Counted from the stretch's first letter, positions 44,316 through 56,087 are shown. The stretch: 64,000 nucleotides of DNA from Blepharisma stoltei ATCC 30299 (GCA_965603825.1 CBFDEM010000044.1:712617-776616), one strand, 5' to 3'. Made by a program: numbers and translations. The notes: generated by a model from the letters alone, not told the origin.

Positions 44316-45782
44316 ATGTCTAAACAGATTAACGACTACGTTATTGATGGAGTCATCAAAAGCATCCGCGACACTTTGCATCGACACACAGGCAGCATCA
44401 GCTCAGATATATCTCATAGCCCACGGAGCAATATGGTTTCAGAGAGTTACTATGGCTCAAATACCTCTTTTGAAAAACCAATAAGGCTGCCTTTTCAAAA
44501 TTCCAAATCATCCCAACGGCCTTCTTCTCAAAATAGTAGACACACCAGGACTACATATTCAATGGACATGGACTGATCTAGTCGGCCTATTTCAAAAGAG
44601 CACAGCCCAATCGCTTCTCCATCCCCAGTGCTTCTTGATGAATCCTTAGAAAACATTACAACAAATCAAGATAATCGATCTTCAATAAGCGGGCTTAGTT
44701 ATGACTCTTTGCATAGATTTACTCCTAGGCTTGAGTCTATTCCACAGCACAATTTAGACGTCACTTTTAAGCAGCAGCCATTTAAAGAGAAGCAAAATCA
44801 ATTTTTCGATAACAAAGAAAATAATTCGAAAATGGAACTGGAGAAACTGAATGACTCCAAGGACAAACAAATTAAAGACCTAGAACTCAAGCTCAAAGAA
44901 GCTGCAAATACTAATGAAGACCACAAGAATGAAATCTGGGACTTGAAAAAGGAAAACAAAGCTCTTCAAAAAGATAGTGAAGAACTGACAGTTTTGAGGG
45001 GCAAACTTAGAGAAATGGATCAGAAACTTATTGTTTTGGAAAAAGAAAAAGATGGTTTAGGTTCAGAGAATCTAGAACTCAAGAAAAAAGTCAAAACAAT
45101 AGAAATAGAAGCAAATAAATTGGATAATAGAAATAGCAATTACTTCAAAGAAATCGAGATGATCAAAAACAAATACAATGAAAACTGTGACGCATTTATT
45201 GCTTTGAAAAAAGAAAATCTAGCCATAATTGAAGAAAGGGATGGGTATCGGAAATCTTCGACCGAGCTTGCAGAAAAGTGCGAGAAAATGAGCAAAGAGA
45301 AATACGAGCTAGAGGAGAGAATAACAGATTTGAAGCGCCTTTTAAAAGAAAGAGCTGAGCTAAAGTACCGTAATATTGATAAGCTAATCGAAGAAAGCCA
45401 AATCAAAATTGGCTACTTCGATGAAAGAGTAAAGTTTCTGGAAAACGAAAACAAGCAGCTTAAAGACCGCCTAGCAGAATCACAAGCCCTCCTCGAGATC
45501 GAGAGAAATAACTCAAACATAAGCAGTCTCTCCATCAAAGCTGCAAACAGACGGTCAAGCTCTATTGGAGAGACCACAAGTCCTCTCTCCCTAAGCCACT
45601 TAGTCAAGAAAAGTCCACTAAAAAAGCATTCAAAATCGCACTTAAAGAGGTCAACCAGCAGCAGACTGATAAAAGAAATCCAAGACATCCTTTCCGTCAA
45701 TTCCATAAGTCTCCTAATTCCGACCATTGTAGATCTAGCCAAATCACGCAGTCACAACCGAAGAGACCGAACTGCTTATTAA
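44316..45782 (+). CDS. Coiled-coil protein, 1 in-frame TGA
   Basis: TGA at 44574 joins two track ORFs in frame. Confidence 0.8.
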
Positions 45783-45823
45783 TTTTTGTGTTTAAATATA
45801 AAATATAATTGAGTCTGGTGAAA

Positions 45824-46522
45824 ATGAAAAACAGGAAAAATTCATTTGATGCTAAATTTCTTTCTAAGACCGCCAACCTCCGACAAGACCCAATTTCCTG
45901 CTATAATACTGTGGTTTCTCAGTATAATGACAGAGTTAATGTGAAAAATGGGATTCATCTGGAGCATGCATATAATGACGCTGTATACGTGTTTTGGTTC
46001 GGCTTTCAAAGATACTGATACTGACTTCTATTTATTTTATATCTGGCACCTTATGTCACAATAATCACGCTTTGCTTGTCATTATACTCTTTAATCATCC
46101 ATGAAAATGCTTTGTCGGTGTACAGAAACAACTCGAAGCAAGTAAAAGATCTATTTGAAAACATGGTTTTGAACGAAGAAATATGCAAGAATGGATCAAG
46201 CCACTATCTCTATTTCTCCCTCAAGCCTCAAGATGTCGATTTCTTTCCTTTCCCCCCTACAACCAAAGAAGTTTTGAAGGCTCGGGAAAATGACGGAAAA
46301 GTCTGCTTTATGGTCTATGACAGAGTTTTTTTGAGTTGATCAGAAAACTTAAGATCTAGCCGATGCCTGATTTGGCTGCACACAGTACTTAACATTGCTT
46401 TATTTGTTGCAATGCAATATTATGTGTACACTCCACTGTTTTGCTTCAACCTACTGCATCCGGTAGAGTCGATTTCGAAATGCGGGGTTTCTGATATTAA
46501 TTCTATTGTGTTTTTCTGATAA
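45824..46522 (+). CDS. Hypothetical membrane protein (~232 aa, two hydrophobic segments), 4 in-frame TGA
   Basis: With TGA=Trp the frame is continuous from ATG 45824 to TAA 46520. Hydrophobic stretches WYWLLFILYLAPYVTIITLCLSLYSLII and LIWLHTVLNIALFVAM. Confidence 0.7.
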
Positions 46523-46549
46523 TATGTAGCATAATTTTTTACTAATAAA

Positions 46550-47803
46550 ATGTACAGTGATGTTCTCATAGTAGGCGGAGGCATGGCAGGCTCAGCTTTA
46601 GGCTGCGCTCTTGCCACTTCAAGTTTGTTTTCGAAAATCACAGTAATTGACACAACACCAATCCCAAAGGCACCTGAAAACGAGGTCCCAGATCCGAGAT
46701 GTGTGACCCTGACTCCGATTTCTCAGAAATTTATGCGCTCAATTGGCACTTGGAACTTGATTGAAGAAAAGAGGAGGGCTGGATTCAAGGAAATGAAGGT
46801 TTGGGATTACTATGGAACCGGCTCGATGCTCTTTGAGGACTCATATGGCTGGGTTTTGGAAAATAAAGCGATCACTCATGCTAATATGACGAGGCTTTCT
46901 CAGTTCCCCAACGTCGAAATTCTGGCCCCAGCGAAGGTTAAAGGCTTCAGTGTGAGGACTGGGGAAGTTGAGGTTGAGCTTGAAGACGGGCAGAAGCTGA
47001 CCACGAGTTTGGTTGTCGGAGCTGATGGAAAAGAGTCAAAAGTGAGGAATGATTTCAAGATTGGGGCTTGGAGGTCGACTTACCCACACTGTGGACTTGT
47101 GTGCACTGTAAAGGCAGACAACAAGGTTCCAACTGCTTATCAGAGATTTTTGAAGACTGGACCGATTGCATTGCTTCCATTTTGGGATGATTATTATTCT
47201 ATTGTCTGGTCTCTGCCTCCATTAGAAGCGGAAAGGCTCAAAAAGATTCCTCCAGCTCAATTTATTGAGGAACTGAACAAAGCACTACATGACCCGTCTA
47301 TAGTCAGTTTTCCAGTGAGCACACAACTAGACGCTCCAATGATTAGAGAAATAACGACAGATAGGTTTAGCTTTCCATATGCTCTTCAGCACGCATCAAA
47401 ATTCGTAGACAGCAGAGTCGCTCTTATTGGAGATGCAGCTCACACAATTCACCCAATGGCTGGACAGGGCTACAATTTAGGAGTATATGACGTTATCAAC
47501 TTGGCCCATGACCTATGCGAAGCTGCTAAGGTTGGCAAAGACCCTGGATCTCTGATGTCATTAGAAAACTACGCAACAAGATCAAGACTTTACAACACCC
47601 TATTTGCTGGCTTCGAGCAGTTCATTTTATGGAACTATACAGACTTCGGTTTGATTCATTATTGAAGAAACGCCAATTTTTCTCTTATCAACAACATCCC
47701 TCCTCTAAAGAGCTTGTTTCAAGCAGGCGCTAACGGCACATATTATGTTCCAAGCCATTGGAGTTGGGTATCAGAAATGCCTCCAGAAGAAATCCCTTTC
47801 TAA
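46550..47803 (+). CDS. COQ6: Ubiquinone biosynthesis FAD monooxygenase (COQ6/UbiH family)
   Basis: Motifs VGGGMAG, VVGADG, AYQRFLKTGPIALLP and LIGDAAHTIHPMAGQGYNLG; reads through TGA 47663 to TAA 47801. Confidence 0.9.
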
Positions 47804-47859
47804 CTTAAAGCACTTAATCCTTATTTTTATGAGAAATTTATATTTTAGGCATGTTAATT

Positions 47860-49035
47860 TTACGCCATTACTGGATAAATTTTAGAGATATCTCCTACTA
47901 GCTTCTCGACTGACTGCAGCAATGACTCGACTTGTCCTCCCCACTCAGATAAACCATCATTTTCGACTTCAAACTCAACAATACCATGGATTTGGTCCAA
48001 TATTGCTTTAATTCTATGCTCCTGCACCATATTTGCAATCAGATTTTCAGCTTTATTTGGAGGAATTTCCAAGACAGTTCCTAGCTCGTCAAAAGTGATA
48101 TTGTTATAGATTTTTGATATAGCGATTATATTATGCTCCATAGTAGCTGTTTCTAGCACAGTGAACCCGCTCGACAACTTTGCTTTGTGATGTTGCTGCA
48201 GCTTTTCAGAAAATCTATCAACGTCAGGTTTCTTAATGATTCTTTCCATAAATAGTTTTTCAAGCATGTCATAGGTCTCCAAGTGAACCGCTCTTTCGTC
48301 TTTATATAAAGTTGCTAGAAGTCTTGACCTTTGAGGGCCAGCTTTTGCCAGAATTGCACATGTGATCGCACACTGCAGAAGATGCAACAAGTCGCTTTCC
48401 ACAACTCCATACTGGCCTTCTTGAGATAGTGCATAATAAGTCCTTGATGCTTGCAAGAAATCTTTTTTGAAGTCTTGGATCCTCGCATGGCACACCCTAT
48501 GACGAAGCTTGAGCTGGATGTTTTGGCACAGGTGGATGACCATGCCTGCCTTAGAGTTGAATGTATCTGCGCTTGCCTCGTCTTCTAGTTCTAAGTAGTA
48601 TTCAGCAATCTTAATATATTTATCTGCCTTTTCGTCAGCTGAAACAGTTCGTGAAGCTCCTTCTAGATTAATTGCAGAGAGAGTTCTAGCTGCCAATTGG
48701 TATTCCTTTTTTGCACTGTAGACTTCAGCTAATTGGTCTCTTATTTTAGCTTCCTCTTCTTCAAAAGCAGCAGACCGAGGTCCAAAGGATTCTAGAGTAA
48801 AGCTGGCAACTTCTATAAGTGGGGCGTTTTGCAGGTACTCCATCGCAGTTGCGAAGAAAGATATCACTTGTCTGGAGTGGACTAATGGCATTTCTGTACT
48901 CAATAAATGGCTTATGAGCTCCTTGGAGCCTTTAACGTCTTGATGGTTGAAGAGTTCAGTGATTAATTGCTTGTACTTCTCCACTTTTTCTTTGGGATCG
49001 TGGATTGAACTAATTTGAGCAATCTTTGCTGCCAT
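47860..49035 (-). CDS. COPS4: COP9 signalosome subunit 4
   Basis: Motif AILAKAGPQRSRLLATLYKDER and PCI domain EHNIIAISKIYNNITFDELG. Confidence 0.95.
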   Translation of the reverse strand: MAAKIAQISSIHDPKEKVEKYKQLITELFNHQDVKGSKELISHLLSTEMPLVHSRQVISFFATAMEYLQNAPLIEVASFTLESFGPRSAAFEEEEAKIRDQLAEVYSAKKEYQLAARTLSAINLEGASRTVSADEKADKYIKIAEYYLELEDEASADTFNSKAGMVIHLCQNIQLKLRHRVCHARIQDFKKDFLQASRTYYALSQEGQYGVVESDLLHLLQCAITCAILAKAGPQRSRLLATLYKDERAVHLETYDMLEKLFMERIIKKPDVDRFSEKLQQHHKAKLSSGFTVLETATMEHNIIAISKIYNNITFDELGTVLEIPPNKAENLIANMVQEHRIKAILDQIHGIVEFEVENDGLSEWGGQVESLLQSVEKLVGDISKIYPVMA

Positions 49036-49501
49036 TTATTATATCAGATCATTTTCGAAACATGTTTTAATTGCTTTATGTTCTTTCACAGGAATTAATA
49101 GTAGGAAAAATATAAAATGTTTTTATGTGATTTTTCTTATTTAAAAAATATTGATAAGTCTAATTGCTTAAAAGCTTCTTAGCGTGATGAAAGAAAATAA
49201 ATAACTTTAAGTAGTAAGATAGCCCAGACTAGTAGAAAGAAGCTTTAATAAATATAATTAGTCAAAATTCTGTAAATTTGAATGCTTTAAGAAACATTTT
49301 AAGTGGGTTTAGAATCAATCCTTACTAGCGACTTATATGTATCTATAATTTAATGAAAATCTATCAAAGTGTTAATTTCTTTTATTATAAAATGAGAAAA
49401 TCAGAAATATGTATGTGGCTAAGCCCAGAATAAGGCATAGCCTACGCAGTTCAAGTATTAATAAAGAGTTGATAGTGTGACATTAATAAAAAAGCAAAGA
49501 A

Positions 49502-49681
49502 ATGCAGCACCACAGGAGAGCACAGTCATATTATCGGCCAAAGCAGCAAAAGCCTAATGCTCGGGCGAATAACCCCAAACCCACAGCTCCTGCATCAAGC
49601 GAAAATCAAGTCAAAGGAGCAGAGGTGCAACCACCAGATGCCAAAACCCTTCCGCTCCCTTCCTCAGAGTGACTTGCATAG
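49502..49681 (+). CDS. 59-aa micro-protein with a PNRC/Edc1-like C-terminal proline motif
   Basis: GC-richer ORF in an AT-rich spacer with AAATG start context; ends KGAEVQPPDAKTLPLPSSEW(TGA)LA*. It is missed by the track. Confidence 0.6.
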
Positions 49682-49750
49682 GTTTTTTCTCAATCTCCGA
49701 TTGCTAGAAAGATTATAAATAACAGCTCTTCTCTATAATAATTTTTATTA

Positions 49751-50302
49751 ATGGATAGAATGCAGTACCTCCAGCTCATTTCCAAGCTAAAGCACCTACC
49801 AAGACGAGGCTGGGTACTCTCAGAGATCCAGTCTCCAGAAACAGTTGCAGGCCACATGTACAGAATGGCTATGTGCGCTTTTCTTTTGCCTTCTACATAT
49901 AACACCAGCAAAATCATCAAAATGTCCTTGGTCCACGATGTGTGTGAAAGTATTGTTGGTGACATCACGCCCCACGACAATGTTCCCCAGCAGGAAAAAT
50001 TTCAACTGGAGTACAATGCGATGATCAGGATCTCTGCTTTGCTGCCCCACAGCTGAAGTAAAGAAGAAATGCTCAGTCTTTGGCTCGAGTACGAAGAAGG
50101 GAGCACAGAAGAAGCCAGAATTGTGAAGGACCTCGACAAATACGACATGATCGTGCAGGGATTCGAGTACGAAAAAGACCACTCCAAAAACCTGCAAAGC
50201 TTTTTCCAAGGACTCGGGATTTTTCAAACAGAAATCGTGAGAGGATGGGCTGAAGAGCTATACAGAGAAAGGCAAGCGTATCATAATAACACATTAGTAT
50301 AG
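49751..50302 (+). CDS. HDDC2: HD-domain 5'-deoxynucleotidase (HDDC2/YGK1-like), 1 in-frame TGA
   Basis: Motifs LKHLPRRGW, ETVAGHMYRM, VHDVCESIVGDITP and VKDLDKYDM. Confidence 0.92.
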
Positions 50303-50376
50303 GAGAGACTGAAGCGTTTCTATTGGTTTCAAGCAGTTTTTAAAGTAGGCAGACTTCTCTAATTGATTTAATTTAA

Positions 50377-51084
50377 ATGTCATCTACCAAAAAAGTAGCT
50401 TCTAAAGCAAATGCTTTCAATTTCCAGAAAATTTTTAGCAAGAAGCGGTCAGAGATAGAGATAAGGAACCCAGGCTCAGCCCGAGCGTCTCCTCCGACTG
50501 GGTCGTCGCTTTCGTCATTTCATCACGACTCAGTCGATCTTCTTGATGAAATTCAGCCACAAACAGCCCACAACCGAAGAACAGCTTTAAACCTACAAAT
50601 TCCTAAAAGAGGCCTTCAGACCCCTAGCCCGAAACACATTCCTACACCTAAAACTAAAGATCTCGTCAGGGTGTATTCAGGATCTGCCCATCACCCAATA
50701 AAGCTAAAACGGAAGCTTAGCCTAAAAGAGACACTAAAGTCAAAGCAGCTGTCTGAGCTCCCAGCAGTCATCAAGCAGAAGTTCGAACTTGAGGCAAAAG
50801 TGACTGATTTGAAGCTAGAGCTACAAAATGCAGTATCTGAACAAAAAAAAATGAAAGAAAGGAGGTCATTGATATTCAAGCTCCAAGAAACCCTTTCAAA
50901 ACTCCTAGAAGAGAATGAAAGGCTTAAAACACAGGTTAGGAAAAACAGCAACGACACACCTGAAGAGCCTAAAAGCAGCATGGCGGTTGGAGATAACATA
51001 GGGCAGAGTATGGAAGAGTTTAAGAATAAACTCATCAAGCTACTAGGGAATCAGCCTGAAGAAAAGGCAAAGAAGTTATATTAA
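50377..51084 (+). CDS. Hypothetical protein, disordered N-terminus plus coiled coil
   Basis: 235-aa ORF, ATG to TAA. Confidence 0.75.
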   Translation: MSSTKKVASKANAFNFQKIFSKKRSEIEIRNPGSARASPPTGSSLSSFHHDSVDLLDEIQPQTAHNRRTALNLQIPKRGLQTPSPKHIPTPKTKDLVRVYSGSAHHPIKLKRKLSLKETLKSKQLSELPAVIKQKFELEAKVTDLKLELQNAVSEQKKMKERRSLIFKLQETLSKLLEENERLKTQVRKNSNDTPEEPKSSMAVGDNIGQSMEEFKNKLIKLLGNQPEEKAKKLY

Positions 51085-51119
51085 TGGCATTTATAGAGTA
51101 TAAAATAAGCTTGTTATTT

Positions 51120-53345
51120 TTAAAGAATCATCAATTTATTTCTCTGGAGTCCTTGGCTTGTAAGCATGGACTCAATCCATCGGTTGAATCCTGATGGCCC
51201 ACAAACCCATGCTCTGGAGATATTGGGTATCTTGACCCACTCCTTCAGTTTTTCTTCGGTCAGCTTTCCTCCGACCCTTTCTTCGTCTAAGTTTATATGC
51301 AAATTCAGAGCCTTTCCTGATTTCTTCTGGGTCGCTTCAAGCAAATCTAATGCAAAGGAATCTTTTTTAGACCTAAAGGTCACGTAAAGGTATAAGCAAA
51401 AATCTGAGGATACAGAGCCGTTCCAGATCATGTAGACCAGATCCAAAAATGGCAAAATTCCTGTTCCAGCTGCGAATCCTGTGCATATTCCTGCTGGCGC
51501 AGATGAGAAGCCAAGGCCAGGTCCTAATGGACCTTTGAGTTTGTATTCACTTCCTGGCTCAAGGTCACACAGATGCCTTGACATTAGGCCATTATCATAT
51601 CTCTTGATATGAAGTTTCAAAGTGTCCGGACTTTTGGATTTCTTATAGATCTTTTTTGTGATTTGGAACCCTTCTTTTCTAGCTTCACGTGCCCAATGAT
51701 GCAAATCAGTCATCATCAAGCTATAATATCGTATCACTTCAGATTTTCCGATCCTTTCCCTAACCCCAAAATGCTTCCCAAGCCACTCGAAACCTTTAGG
51801 AGGGTTCTCAACAGCCCAGTCTTTAGATGTCAGCTCAATGTAAAAAGTCCCTTCTGCAATATTATATTTTCTTACAAGCTCCCAGGTCATATTCCCATAG
51901 TCTAAGCTTTGATCTGAGCTCTTCTTTGTGAGAACACCTGCTGTATAGGCGACTCTATCAATGATTAGGCTGTTTATCAGATTTTTTGCAGGCCGAGAAT
52001 GGTCATAAGAAGCAATGAACCCACTGATACTTGAGCACCCGTTAATATACTTCCCTACATCTTCCCCTATAACTTTACGGATCATATATGCTCCACCAGG
52101 ATGATTTTGAATAAATCCAGAAACATTTAGTAAATATTCATCATAAAAGACACATGACAGATTTTTGGAAACAATGTCATTTAGGATTTCTGTGTGAGTA
52201 GATCCCATCTGATCCATCAATGACTTTTCTAACGCAGGCTTGGCTTTGTTTAGCCGCTTTAGTTTAAAATTCCACTGTAGAATTCTGATCTTATGAGAAA
52301 ATCGATGTCTAATCTCCAATAAGGCAAGCAGCACTACAAGAATTGCGTAGCACGCAAAGACTGCGTTTTTAGCAGTATCGTCACCTTTAATATCCCACCC
52401 ATATTTCAAGTTTATCAGCCCAGGGATAAGAGCGCACCATCCAAGTGCCATATGAACCCTTCTGCATACCCTGAGAATGCTCAAATCTTCTTTAAAAAGC
52501 ATCCACATCTTGGTCATAGCTCCAGTGATAGCTTGTGCTATGACAAAAGCACAAAGAATGAAGCCAATTCTTGAGTGATACCTTTTATTATCACTCAAAT
52601 CATTATAAGCAAGCTCATCCTTTTTATAAATTTCATATACACTCCCACAAGTAAAGCCTAGGACTACATATCCCAGTAGCATGTGGCCGTAGAAAGCTAG
52701 ATAAGTTCACTTAAGATACCTGATTAGCATGATGCACAATGGGGCTAAACAAAGCCACATAACGGTCATCTCATTTCCATGATCTTCATATTCACTTCCA
52801 AATGAGCTTGAAGGCAAGAAATAGGAAGAAGTTTGGTTTAAGCCTATTAGCAAAACTCCTTCTCCGTATGTGCTGTGTTCTTGGAATTTCTGAATATTGC
52901 TTTTTTGTTTATAAGCAAAACAGAAGTTTATGGCTTCGCCAGGCTTGATGACCCAATCGCAGAGGGTGTCACCTGTGTTCAAAAGCCTTGAAATAGAGCC
53001 AAGCATTCTGCCATTATTGAATGAGGAACTTGTCAGGTTCACGTCATCTCGGCAGCCTTTTCCTTTTGCACTGTCCTGTGGTGGAGTGCCATGAGAAGTG
53101 CTATACATGTCCCAGGCATCAAAGTTTCCATTTTGTCTAATAAGGATAATCATATCTGTCTGTTTCATCGATCCATAAAATCCGATTCCGCATCATCCAT
53201 CAAATGAACAATTAAATCCAAACGTAATAGAGTCTCCTGCGATTTGTCATGAAAGAGAGAAATTGGGATCTAGCACAACACTGACTTGTTCTGCAGAAGT
53301 AAAATATATTAGCTGAAGAAGTGTTGAAAAGATAAAAAACCCCAT
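51120..53345 (-). CDS. Signal peptide + DOMON + cytochrome b561 + cytochrome b5 + FNR-type FAD/NAD(P)H reductase fusion (741 aa, 3 in-frame TGA)
   Basis: DOMON: LSW..GWCGIGF.GSMKQTD..FQEH. b561: four His (DHG, GHM, YHS, VHM). b5: HPGG and HS. FNR: RYYS, GLMS, GPLG, AAGTGILPF and CGP. Confidence 0.88.
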
Positions 53346-53747
53346 TTAAATTATGTCAACTTTTTTATACAATTCATTCCAAGTCCAGGATATTATGTTG
53401 ATTCCATTCAAGCTAATAGCTGCAGTTTTCAGTCATAGCAATTAATATTAGTTTGCAATAATAAGACTCAGTGCCTTGAGATAAAAACCTGCAACGGGAA
53501 TTTAAGCTTTTTCATTTTGGATCAGTATATTACCCAGTAAAAAACCATATAATAAATTCACCTGAGCGATATAAACTGCTTTCTTTAAAAAATCGCATAA
53601 ATTTTCGAATAGTAAAATTTTTAATTAAGGTGATATAATATGATATTATCTATTAGAAATTAATTTTAAATTGTTTTTGGAAAATAGATTAAAACTAATC
53701 TCAGCTGCTTAGAATAATTTGGTTTTATCATTTGTATAGATTTGAAC

Positions 53748-54572
53748 TTAGATCTCTTCTGAGGCTTTTTCTGTTTCCTTTAGCTCTTCCTGGCAATAAT
53801 TTACTGAGATTTCGTAATTAATACCATCTCCTTCATATTTAGTATTTATTGGCAGTATATATCCAAGGATACTTTTTCCACAAACCTGCCATATGTTCTT
53901 TTTGCCATCTCCTAAATCATACTTATTATCAAAAGTATTTTCTTGCAATTCCATCACACTCCTGTTATTGACAATAAGTCAACAGTCAAAAGCTGCCAAA
54001 GCTGGCAGCGCTGCAGATAATCCTAACCCACTTAGCATCCCACACATTGTGAAAATTGAAGCTTCTCCTTCATTTACGACAAATAAATGCCCACAGCATG
54101 ATCCTACAAATATTGAACAAATTGATGCATAAACCATAAATTGGCAAACGTACCTGATATTGAAGAACCCAACACAGTTTCCAATAAATGGGCAATGATA
54201 ATCCATTTTGAGGATGCATCTATTACATATATGGCAGTGATGGCATCTGCTAGGTCGCTCCATCTCGCATTTTCCGCAATATTGTTCTTCCTTTATTCTA
54301 TCGTTTTCTTCAAGAGATGATGAGCTGCTGGTAATTTTGAAGTTTGGAGGGATAGTCCCAGGATCTGTAGTAATCGCTTTATAGTAGCTCCAATACATGA
54401 GAAATAGACTTGTATGAAAAGAGATGTACACAATCGAATTAAGTAGGGTGCATTGGACAAGGAAAATATAGCCTTTGTAAAAGAAAAATACAATTGTTCA
54501 AGAGAGGAACACTATAAAAAGAATTGGAAGAGAATAAAGAGCTCTAAGCATGGGACTGTCAATGAACATCAT
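53748..54572 (-). CDS. DHHC-family palmitoyltransferase with a DYHC variant, 2 in-frame TGA
   Basis: Motifs TDPG, CGKCEMERPSRCHHCHICNRCILKMDYHCPFIGNCVG and NKYDLG..KNIWQVCG. Confidence 0.9.
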
Positions 54573-54713
54573 TTCTTTAATTAAATATAAACATAATAAG
54601 TATATCTTAAATTTCAACTATATTGTTTATATTTACTTATTATGCTTAATTTTTTAGTCAATTAAGCTCAAAGAGGAGAAACATATGATATTATAAGATA
54701 AATTTAATTATTG

Positions 54714-56087
54714 ATGGGCTGCTGCCAAGGTAACTCCACTAAACAAACAGTATCTATGAAAACCTCATGCAGACTTTTATGCACATACTATAGAGAGGCT
54801 ACAATAAAAATCAAAGGAAACAACAACAAAACAGAAAATTTGCATTTAACATTCACTGAGCCGATGCTCTTTTCATCTCAAAAAGTCCAAATAGACTCAT
54901 ATGACTTATGGATATCCAAATGCGCATTGCCCGGCATTGACCCTTGTGGCGAAAAGAAGACCTGCCAAGACTATTGTGTATTTATTAACGACGAAACAAG
55001 CGTTTTGCTAGCAGTTTTTGATGGCCATGGAATCCAAGGCGAAAAAGTCGCCCAATTCTGCTCAAGCTGCGTTGAAAGTTTTTTCCCTGACAACAAAGAA
55101 CTGTCAACTGTAAATGCTATTTAGTCTGATCCTAAAGAATTTTTGATCGCACTAACTGAGAAATGTGCTGAGGACTTAAAACAGCATGAAAGTGATATTG
55201 ACTCGAAATACTCCGGATGGTAACTACCACACAGCACTGCTGTCTTTGTATTCTTGTCTGGTGATGCAATTTATTCTGCAAGTGTTGGAGATTCTCGCGC
55301 AGTGCTTGGGACTTCATCTCCACCAACTGTCATGCCTGCCCCAGCTGCACAGATTAAAGAAGAAGACCGAAAGATGCTGGAAGAAGTCAAATCACGAAGA
55401 CAAAGTCAGCCTGCCCTTGAAATCCTCCCTGTCCAGCTTACTAAGGATCAAAAGCCTGAAGACCCTGAAGAACTGGCTAGAATCATCCAGAAAGGAGGAA
55501 AAGTGCAGAGAATAACTGATAAATCAGGGAAAAAAATAGGACCTTACCGAGTGTGAGAGCCTGATTTGAAGTCTCTTGGTCTTGCAATGAGCCGATCAAT
55601 AGGGGACTCAACTGGAAATTCTGTTGGAATCATATCAACGCCGATCTGCACAAAACATAAGGTGAACCCTTTTGCGGACTGTTTTGTAGTTGCAGGAACA
55701 GATGGAATTTGAGATGCAATGGACAATCAAGATGTGGTAAATTATGTGGAGTTTTATAGAGATAAATGCAAGAGGGGGTGCACTTCACCTCCTGTTGAAA
55801 GCAAAGTCAGTCCTGATAATACGTGCATAGCACAGTTATTGTGTGAGGAAGCAAGAGTTAGATGAATGAGTATCTTAGAGGAAGAGGATGTTATAGTTGA
55901 TGATATCTCATGTATTATTCTTGAACTCCAGCCAGCAACAATTTCTTTGAGTGCTCATGAAAAACGGCCAATTCCTAATGATCATAGCCCACATCGGGAA
56001 ATTGAAGATCTGTCTAATCAAGAGATTGCTGAAAGCGCTTCTGTGAGGGATCCTCGTAGAGGGAGCATTATTTTATCTGCATCTTAA
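54714..56087 (+). CDS. PP2C phosphatase with an MGCC acylation-type N-terminus (two 15-nt introns, 3 in-frame TGA)
   Basis: Motifs CQD, AVFDGHG, SGCTAV (after splicing), VGDSRAV, RVW(TGA), GLAMSRSIGD, TDGIW(TGA)D and DDIS. Confidence 0.92.
55110..55124 (+). other. 15-nt intron (GTAAATGCTATTTAG)
   Basis: Removes an in-frame TAG within PP2C. Confidence 0.85.
55220..55234 (+). other. 15-nt intron (GTAACTACCACACAG)
   Basis: Removes an in-frame TAA and restores the conserved SGCTA motif. Confidence 0.9.
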
